The notes beneath the pieces were generated by a model that saw only the letters and a program-made list of their open reading frames with translations, made no database searches and had not been told where the DNA came from. Shown here in pieces: positions 57,380 to 64,000 of a stretch of DNA of 64,000 nucleotides. Position numbers and translations under genes: made by a program. Within the stretch, counting starts at the first letter, position 1. Each line of letters starts with the position of its first letter. Origin of the DNA: Minisyncoccota bacterium (GTDB lineage Bacteria > Patescibacteriota > Minisyncoccia > UBA6257 > UBA9933); contig JBAZLC010000002.1 of the NCBI GenBank assembly GCA_041650415.1, forward strand, positions 6,896-70,895. Reading direction: 5' to 3'.

Positions 57380-57495
57380 GGGTGTGTAGTTCAATGGATT
57401 GACCGAAGGAATTTTACGAAGTAAAATTCTTAATCGGTCAATGGGCGATTACATTAATAAAAATTGAAAATCGCCCTGGAAGAATGCTGTCCTGA
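57380..57495 (+). repeat. Degenerate 5'-half copy of tRNA-Ile, split at the D-loop by an ~82-nt double-hairpin insert
   Basis: GGGTGTGTAGTTCAATGG...TGGAAGAATGCTGTCCTGA versus the tRNA's GGGCACATAGTTCAGTGG-TAGAACGCTGTCCTGA. Confidence 0.75.
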
Positions 57496-57523
57496 CCCGC
57501 CCGCCGAATATAACGAAATTTTT

Positions 57524-57595
57524 GGGCACATAGTTCAGTGGTAGAACGCTGTCCTGATAAGACAGAGGTCCCAGGTTCGATCCCTGGTGTGCCCA
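57524..57595 (+). tRNA. tRNA-Ile(GAT)
   Basis: GGGCACA/TGTGCCC acceptor, anticodon arm CTGTC-CTGATAA-GACAG, GGTTCGATCC. Confidence 0.95.
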
Positions 57596-57620
57596 CAATA
57601 AACCCCCGCCATGGCGAGGG

Positions 57621-58613
57621 TTATTTTTTTCTTCTAATAGCTTTCTTTACAGCGCTTATGATATCTTTAGGCTCAAGGCCGTATTTTTTCCATAAATCCT
57701 TCGGCAGCGCGCTTTCTCCAAAAACGTCTTTTGTACCGACAAATTCCATCGGTACTGGATAGCTTCTTGCTAAAAGTTCCGCCACTGCTCCGCCCAATCC
57801 CCCTAAAATGGTATGTTCTTCCACGCTTACAACCGCGCCGCATTTTTTTACCAATTCAATTATTTTGGTTTCATCAAGTGGTTTTATCGTGTGGCTATTT
57901 AAAACAACCGCTGATATTTTTTCTTTTTCAAGTTCCTTGGCTGCCAAAAGCGCGTTATACAAAACCGGTCCGCAACCAATAATCAAAATGTCCGGCTTTT
58001 TGCCGCCAACCGCGGACTGCCAAAAAATTTCCGCTTTGCCTATCGTAAATGACGTTTCTTCCGACGTAAAAACCGGAGTTTTCTCACGGGCGAATCTTAA
58101 GTAAACCGGACCGGATATTTTAGCGGAAAAAATCGTCGCCTTTCTCGCCTCAATCGCGTCTACCGGAACAACCACTTTCATATTCGGAATTGTCCGCATT
58201 ATGGCAATATCCTCAAGAGCCTGATGCGTCGCGCCGTCAAATCCGGTCAATAAACCCGTGTGATGGCCGGCAATTTTAACATTGGCATCATTATAAGCGA
58301 TTGCCGTCCTAATTTGCTCCAATGTTCTGCCTGGAGAAAAAACCGCATAAGTCGCCATAAAAGGAATTTTTCCGGAAACCGCCAAACCCGCGGAAACTCC
58401 AACTAAGTTTTGTTCCGCCACGCCAACCTGAAAAAATCTTTTTGGAAATTTTTCGGCGAAAAAATTCATCCGGCAAGAATTTGAAACGTCTGCCGAAACT
58501 CCGACTACATTTTCGTTTTCTTCGCCCAATTTAAGCAATCCCTCGCCAAATCCATCGCGGGTCGCCTTTTGTTCTATTTTTTCCGTAAAAATTTTATCCG
58601 ATAAATTTTCCAT
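57621..58613 (-). CDS. Transketolase, C-terminal subunit
   Basis: GVAEQN, DGATHQALED, GPVYLRF, IKPLD, EEH. Confidence 0.95.
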   Translation of the reverse strand: MENLSDKIFTEKIEQKATRDGFGEGLLKLGEENENVVGVSADVSNSCRMNFFAEKFPKRFFQVGVAEQNLVGVSAGLAVSGKIPFMATYAVFSPGRTLEQIRTAIAYNDANVKIAGHHTGLLTGFDGATHQALEDIAIMRTIPNMKVVVPVDAIEARKATIFSAKISGPVYLRFAREKTPVFTSEETSFTIGKAEIFWQSAVGGKKPDILIIGCGPVLYNALLAAKELEKEKISAVVLNSHTIKPLDETKIIELVKKCGAVVSVEEHTILGGLGGAVAELLARSYPVPMEFVGTKDVFGESALPKDLWKKYGLEPKDIISAVKKAIRRKK

Positions 58614-58614
58614 A

Positions 58615-59487
58615 TTAATCGGTTTCTTCTATTTTTCCTTTTAATGTTTTTATTTCTCTTAGAGCTTCTTCGGCTTGTTTTTTATTTAAAGGCGAAGCGT
58701 GCCAGTGATAATCGAATTCCATAAAATCCACTCCCTTGCCGGCAATCGTATGGGCGATTATAACGGTCGGCTTTTCAAAAACCGCCCGAGATTCATTTAC
58801 CGCGGAAACAAAATTTCCGATATTATGACCGTCGACTTCCAAAACATGCCAGTTAAAAGCTTCGTATTTCTCCCGCAGAGATTCAAGCGGCATTACATCT
58901 TCCGTAAAACCGTCGCTTTGAATATTGTTCCGGTCTATTATCGCCGTTAAATTGCCTAGTTTATATTTTCCCGCAAGCATTATCGCTTCCCAGGTATTTC
59001 CGCAATTATGCTCGGCATCAGACATTAAACAGTAAACTTGATATTTTGACCGTAATGAATTTGCCGCATCAAGTTTAGCCGCCAGAGCCATACCCGCGGC
59101 CTGTGAAAGCCCCTCGCCTAAAGGACCGGAAGAAGTTTCAATCCCCGGCAGCGCCTTTCTATGAGGATGACCTTGAAGTCGGCTATTTAATCTTCTTAAA
59201 GTTTTTAATTCTTCAACCGGAAAATAGCCCGCTCTCGCCAAAGCGGCGTATAAAACCGGACAAATATGGCCGTTTGATAAAACCACTCTGTCCCTTTCCT
59301 CCCAATTCGGCTTTTTAGGATTGTGTTTTAAAACGTGAAAATAAAGCGCTGAAAATATATCAGCCATTGCCAAAGAACCGGCTGGATGACCCGAACCGGC
59401 GTTTAAAATCATTTCAATAACGTCTTGCCTCAACAAACAGGCCGTGCTCTCAAGAAATCTATTTTTTTTATCGTTTAAAATTTCCAC
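58615..59487 (-). CDS. Transketolase, N-terminal subunit
   Basis: SGHPAGSL, DRVVLSNGH, LQGHP, SGPLGEG. The TPP motif reads SDAEHNCG. Confidence 0.93.
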   Translation of the reverse strand: MEILNDKKNRFLESTACLLRQDVIEMILNAGSGHPAGSLAMADIFSALYFHVLKHNPKKPNWEERDRVVLSNGHICPVLYAALARAGYFPVEELKTLRRLNSRLQGHPHRKALPGIETSSGPLGEGLSQAAGMALAAKLDAANSLRSKYQVYCLMSDAEHNCGNTWEAIMLAGKYKLGNLTAIIDRNNIQSDGFTEDVMPLESLREKYEAFNWHVLEVDGHNIGNFVSAVNESRAVFEKPTVIIAHTIAGKGVDFMEFDYHWHASPLNKKQAEEALREIKTLKGKIEETD

Positions 59488-59499
59488 TATTTTGATTTA

Positions 59500-59952
59500 T
59501 TAAACTTCGTTTTCAATTTCGCCGATTTTTCTAATTCTTCTTTTGTGCGGCTCTTTTCCCGAAAAAGCGGTCGCCAGCCAAGTGCCCAAAACTTTTTCCG
59601 CGTCTTCCTCGCTTAAAAAATCTGCCGGCAAAGACAAAACATTGGCGTCATCGTCATTGCGCGCCGCAAACGCCTGGTCCGGACTAAAAGCCAAAGAAGA
59701 ACGGACTCTTTTAAATTTATTCGCCACTATATCCACGCCCACGCCCGAACCGCAAATTAAAATTCCTTTCCGAGCATCCGGATCTTGACTCACGGCATAA
59801 CCGACAAGCTTGGCGAAATCGGAATAATCGTCATCCTCGTCAAGTTTGGCGTTTCCAACATCAATCAATTCATAACCTCTATTTATCAAAAATTTTTTTA
59901 GGGACTCTTTAAGATTGAATCCCCTATGGTCGGCACCAATGTAAATAAGCAT
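59500..59952 (-). CDS. rpiB: Ribose-5-phosphate isomerase B
   Basis: GADHRG, ICGSGVG, ANK, HKRRI. Confidence 0.92.
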   Translation of the reverse strand: MLIYIGADHRGFNLKESLKKFLINRGYELIDVGNAKLDEDDDYSDFAKLVGYAVSQDPDARKGILICGSGVGVDIVANKFKRVRSSLAFSPDQAFAARNDDDANVLSLPADFLSEEDAEKVLGTWLATAFSGKEPHKRRIRKIGEIENEV

Positions 59953-59955
59953 ATT

Positions 59956-60969
59956 TTATATTGCCTTTAATATGTGCCTCAAAAGCATCGAGGCATAACC
60001 CCACTCATTATCGTACCAACTTAAAACCTTAACCAAATCGCCGTCTACAACCTTGGTAAATTTCAAATCGACTATCGCGCCGTAAGGCTCGGCAACGATA
60101 TCCGAAGAAACAATTTGCTCTTCAACTGTTTTCAAAATTCCCTGCCAGCGCGGCTCTTTTTCGGCTTTTCTGAAAATTTCGTTTATTTCCTCGACTGAAG
60201 TTTTGCGCTTCGCCACAAAAGTAATATCCGCTATTGAACCGACAACCACCGGCACTCTTAAAGAAATGCCGTCGAACTTCCCTTCCAACTCTTTAAACGC
60301 CCGCGTTACGGCGATTGCCGCGCCCGTTGTCGAAGGAATAATGTTTTGCGCTCCGGCTCTGCCCCGCCTGAAATCACTACCCTTTACCGGTGAATCAACC
60401 ATGGTCTGCGTATTGGTATAAGCATGAACCGTATTTAAAATCGCTTTTTGAATGCCGATACTTTCAGCCATTATCGCGATAACGGGATACGCGGCATTGG
60501 TCGTGCAGGAAGCGTTTGAAGAAAGATTGCAAGTTTTCAAATCGGCATCGTTTAAACCGACAAGAATTGTTTTGCCTCCACAAACTCCGTCCGCATCTTT
60601 AGCCGGCGCGGTCAAAACGACTCTTTTGGCGCCCGCGTCCAAATGCACTTTGGCTTTTTCAAATGATTCAAAAACTCCGGTCGATTCAATAACCAAATCA
60701 ATTCCTAAATCTTTCCATGGAAGCTTTAACGGGTCTTTTTCTTGAACAAATTTGATTTTCTTCCCATCAATAATCAAATATCCATTCGCCTTGTCGCATT
60801 CAACACTCCCCTTATAAACCCTATAAACCGAATCGTATTTAAAAAGATAGGCAAGATTTTCCAAATCGCCCAAATCATTTATAGCAACAACTTCGATTTT
60901 CGGCTCGGAAAGAACCTGGCGCAAAAACAATCTACCAATTCTTCCAAAACCATTTATAGCTATTTTCAT
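59956..60969 (-). CDS. gap: Glyceraldehyde-3-phosphate dehydrogenase type I
   Basis: INGFGRIGR, SNASCTTN, NIIPSTTGAA, WYDNEWGY. Confidence 0.97.
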   Translation of the reverse strand: MKIAINGFGRIGRLFLRQVLSEPKIEVVAINDLGDLENLAYLFKYDSVYRVYKGSVECDKANGYLIIDGKKIKFVQEKDPLKLPWKDLGIDLVIESTGVFESFEKAKVHLDAGAKRVVLTAPAKDADGVCGGKTILVGLNDADLKTCNLSSNASCTTNAAYPVIAIMAESIGIQKAILNTVHAYTNTQTMVDSPVKGSDFRRGRAGAQNIIPSTTGAAIAVTRAFKELEGKFDGISLRVPVVVGSIADITFVAKRKTSVEEINEIFRKAEKEPRWQGILKTVEEQIVSSDIVAEPYGAIVDLKFTKVVDGDLVKVLSWYDNEWGYASMLLRHILKAI

Positions 60970-60973
60970 ATCG

Positions 60974-61456
60974 CTAATTATACAATTCCCTTAGTTTAAA
61001 AACAACAATACCAAAAGCCACCGCGACATTTAACGATTCTTTCTTCCCAAACATTGGAATTTCCAAGATTTTGTCTGTGTGTTTTAAAATTGAAGGCGGC
61101 AAACCCTTAACCTCATTTCCTAAAATTAGTGCTAATTTGGCCCGCTGTTTGTTGTTTGTAGTATGTAGTTTATAGTACGGCACAGATTTTTTGCTTTGTT
61201 CAACCGCGAAAATTTTATATTTTTCTTTTTTAAATTTATCTATCAATTTACTTGTCGATTTCACCTTTTCCCATTCAATATATTTTTCCGCGCCTAAAGA
61301 AACCTTGGTCAATTGCTGCCGCGGCCTGCCAAAAGAATCTATCGGCGCTGGCGTAATGCCGCATAGATATATTTTTTCAACTCCGGCCGCGTCCGCGGTG
61401 CGAAAAATAGAACCGACATTATGCAGACTTCGGATATTATGAAGAATAATAATCAT
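60974..61456 (-). CDS. SpoU/TrmH-family RNA methyltransferase
   Basis: NIRSLHNVGSIFRTAD, LGNEVKG, IPMFGKKESLNVAVA. Confidence 0.92.
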   Translation of the reverse strand: MIIILHNIRSLHNVGSIFRTADAAGVEKIYLCGITPAPIDSFGRPRQQLTKVSLGAEKYIEWEKVKSTSKLIDKFKKEKYKIFAVEQSKKSVPYYKLHTTNNKQRAKLALILGNEVKGLPPSILKHTDKILEIPMFGKKESLNVAVAFGIVVFKLRELYN

Positions 61457-61461
61457 ACTGT

Positions 61462-62676
61462 TTATTTTGTCGCATTATATATCGCTTGAATTTCGACAGC
61501 TGAAAGGGCGCGGTTATAAATACGAACATCGTCTATTTTGCCGTTAAAATAGTAAGAGTCTTTGCCCACAGTAACGTTATAATTAGATATATAAATATTG
61601 GAAAAACCTAAATTCGTTCTCTCGTGGTCAAGATTTCCATTGCGATAAGTAGCTCCATAGGTTCTACTACCATCAAAAATATGAACCATATGCATCCATG
61701 TCCCTAATGGTATTATCGTCCACCCAAGGTCGTCGGGATAGGAATAAGTTGAATCATCTCCTTTTCTTATAAAGAAATATCCCGACCCGGTACTTGTCAT
61801 CCCCGACATCCAAGACCTACCAGCAATGGGAGCATAGCCCTTTTCTACGACGGAAGTATAATTACCTGCCGGATATGAATTTATATAAACCCAATATGCA
61901 ATAGTAATTTTATTTGTAATATTTTTTAAGCTGTTTGCATTTCCGCAATCCACATAATCATTATTTCCGTCAAACGATAAAGCATTACCTACTTTGCCTT
62001 GCGCTTCATACGTAACACCTCCGGATTGAGTTCCATTGTTCCCATGACCACTTGAGTCATAGAGAGTTCCGGATGCTTCATCAAACTTCCAGTAGCCGAC
62101 AAGACCATGAGTAAAAGGTGAAAGGGTAAGGTTGCTGCCTATCTCATATTGCGCAAAATCAGCTCCGCCGTCTGTAGCGGCGTTTGTTGCGTATTTAGAA
62201 GATTCGAATATTGTAGTTAATTCCCAGCTGCCTCCTGTGACGTACGTATAGTAATTACCCGTAGAAGTAGTATTGATAGGGTCTGCAGGCAAAGAACTCA
62301 AAGGATTGGTAAATGAAATATCGGAGAAATGAACCGGTATCCATCCCGTGCCATCGGTTTTTCTGTAGTTTGTCGTATTGGAACAAGCATAACTCCAGCC
62401 TGTAGGTAGAATAGGAAGTCCTAAATTGGCGCAGGTAGCCGAAGAATCGGGAATAGAGACGTATACTGTGTTTATAGAACCTATACTTGTGCCTCCATCG
62501 GCTTGATACAATCCTATAGCGCTATGAATTGTCTGCAGGTCCGACATTCTCGTTGAATCTCTGGCAGATTTCATATATTCACCTGGATTCAGAGTTATGA
62601 CTACGACTGCGGCAAGAATTGCCAAGATGGCGATGACTATAACAAGTTCGATTAAGGTGAAGGAGTTGGGCTTCAT
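61462..62676 (-). CDS. Type IV pilin fused to a LamG/concanavalin-like domain
   Basis: S|FTLIELVIVIAILAILA, RDSTRMSDL, LPADP, GLVGYWKFDE, FNGKIDDVRIYNRALS. Start moved to ATG 62676. Confidence 0.9.
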   Translation of the reverse strand: MKPNSFTLIELVIVIAILAILAAVVVITLNPGEYMKSARDSTRMSDLQTIHSAIGLYQADGGTSIGSINTVYVSIPDSSATCANLGLPILPTGWSYACSNTTNYRKTDGTGWIPVHFSDISFTNPLSSLPADPINTTSTGNYYTYVTGGSWELTTIFESSKYATNAATDGGADFAQYEIGSNLTLSPFTHGLVGYWKFDEASGTLYDSSGHGNNGTQSGGVTYEAQGKVGNALSFDGNNDYVDCGNANSLKNITNKITIAYWVYINSYPAGNYTSVVEKGYAPIAGRSWMSGMTSTGSGYFFIRKGDDSTYSYPDDLGWTIIPLGTWMHMVHIFDGSRTYGATYRNGNLDHERTNLGFSNIYISNYNVTVGKDSYYFNGKIDDVRIYNRALSAVEIQAIYNATK

Positions 62677-62730
62677 AAGAAAATTATAGCACAAAGAGAT
62701 GAAGTGCTTAAGATTAAAAAATGATATATC

Positions 62731-63714
62731 TTAAATCAGCCCTACTTTTTTCTTAACTTCCAAGATTTTTTTATTGGCGATTGCCTCGGCTTTTTTAGAG
62801 CCGGACTCCAAAGCCAAGCGAAGTTTTGCCGGATTTTTAAGCAAAGCCAATTTCTTTTTTCTAAAATCCGCGAAATAATCAGTAATGAGTTCCGCCAAAT
62901 CGTTTTTTAAAGCCGAATAATTATTGCCCGCGAATTTATTCTCCAATTTTTCAATTTTATCTCCGCTTAAAGCCGAATAGATTTCCAGCAAATTGCTTAT
63001 CGCCGGCTTGTTTTTTTTGTCGTATTTTATTTCCGAGCCGGAATCGGTTACCGCTCTTTTGATTTTATTTTTTATTTCTTCCGGAGAATCATCTATAAAA
63101 AGGCAGCCTTCGGGCTGAGATTTTGACATTTTCTTTTCAGGATTTTGTAAACTCATTACCCGAGGAGTTTTGGTGTGTAGCCCGTGTGGCTCAACAAAAA
63201 TTTTTCCGAATTTAGAATTAAATTTACGGACAAGTGTTCTTGTAAGCTCTAGGTGTTGTAGCTGATCGTCACCGACAGGAACAACTTTCGCGTCGTAAAG
63301 AATAATGTCAGCAGCCATAAGTACCGGATAATCAAAAAGGCCAATATTAATATTTTCTTTTTGGTTACCGCTTTTATCCTTAAACTGCGTCATTCGTTCT
63401 AATTCCCCCATTGGTATTACAGTATTTAATATCCACATTAACTCGCTATGCGCGGAAATTTGAGATTGCTGAAAAATTACCGATTTTTTCGGGTCTAACC
63501 CAGCCGCCAAAAAATCAGCGGTCAAATTTAAAATCTGCTTTTGTTTTTCTTTAGGATTAAACTCGCCCGTCAAAGAGTGCAAATCGGCGATAAAAAAGTA
63601 GCACTGATATTTCCCCGAATTTTGCAAAGCGACGAAGTTTTTCAACGCTCCCAAATAATTTCCGATATGAAGTTTTCCTGTCGGCTGAATGCCTGAAACT
63701 AAAATCGGTTTCAT
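62731..63714 (-). CDS. trpS: Tryptophanyl-tRNA synthetase
   Basis: SGIQPTGKLHIGNY, YPVLMAADI, VPVGDDQ, KMSKS. Confidence 0.97.
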   Translation of the reverse strand: MKPILVSGIQPTGKLHIGNYLGALKNFVALQNSGKYQCYFFIADLHSLTGEFNPKEKQKQILNLTADFLAAGLDPKKSVIFQQSQISAHSELMWILNTVIPMGELERMTQFKDKSGNQKENINIGLFDYPVLMAADIILYDAKVVPVGDDQLQHLELTRTLVRKFNSKFGKIFVEPHGLHTKTPRVMSLQNPEKKMSKSQPEGCLFIDDSPEEIKNKIKRAVTDSGSEIKYDKKNKPAISNLLEIYSALSGDKIEKLENKFAGNNYSALKNDLAELITDYFADFRKKKLALLKNPAKLRLALESGSKKAEAIANKKILEVKKKVGLI

Positions 63715-63718
63715 AAAT

Positions 63719-64000
63719 TTAAACTATGATAACGACCGGTAAAATCATCGGCCTTCTCTTAGTTTTATTATACAAGAATTGTCCGATTTGGTCTCTAATC
63801 AGAGATTTTAAGTAATCGGTGTCTATTTGCTGGTGTCTGGGAATCCTGCCAACCAAAGCCCTGATGTATTTTCTCAAGTCCTCAACAAAATCTTTGCTCT
63901 CGCGCAAATGAATGAATCCGCGGGAAATAATATCGGGGTTCTTAAGGAATTGGCCGGTTCTACGGTCAAGTGTGGTGATTACCACCACCATTCCCTCTTC
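63719..64000 (-). CDS. rnj: Ribonuclease J, C-terminal fragment (5' truncated)
   Basis: EEGMVVV, PDIISRGF, TKRRPMILPVVI. Confidence 0.85.
   Translation of the reverse strand, partial: EEGMVVVITTLDRRTGQFLKNPDIISRGFIHLRESKDFVEDLRKYIRALVGRIPRHQQIDTDYLKSLIRDQIGQFLYNKTKRRPMILPVVIIV

Noticed and set aside
57380-57495. Intron-containing or split functional tRNA
   Set aside because: It has no 3' half of its own, the insert is too short for a group I/II intron, and an intact tRNA-Ile follows.
61462-62676. Diversity-generating retroelement target
   Set aside because: No reverse transcriptase or template/variable repeat pair was seen in the window.

Overview
This is a gene-dense, AT-rich bacterial chromosome segment using genetic code 11 (TGA is a stop). 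Gene content and style point to Patescibacteria/CPR, Parcubacteria-like (inference). From left to right it holds: the end of an Ig-like surface protein; a five-gene cluster (small membrane peptide, two ICMT-family methyltransferases, a PaaK-like ligase, an Lnt-like acyltransferase lacking its catalytic Glu); a type IV pilus operon back-to-back with comF; tgt, rpmB (missed by the ORF track) and two tRNAs; a redox/MacAB block; holA, mutM and an orphan histidine kinase; a chromosomal T4SS-like locus without relaxase, including a pilin-peptidase fusion; a three-part UbiA fusion; rsmA, comM, rplS, rluA, parAB, rel, topA, dprA, pentose-phosphate/glycolysis genes, a LamG pilin, trpS and part of rnj. 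There are five tRNAs in total. The strongest unexplained signal is non-coding. Three tRNAs are flanked by partial copies of themselves, each split at a loop by a 74-82 nt multi-hairpin insert, and a related structured element sits in-frame in parB. Degenerate 7-bp tandem arrays and short GC palindromes also occur in-frame in many housekeeping genes. Many genes look leaderless, including an rluA AUG that directly abuts a tRNA CCA. No CRISPR, integrase, transposase or rRNA was seen. All calls come from motif recognition by eye; no searches were run.
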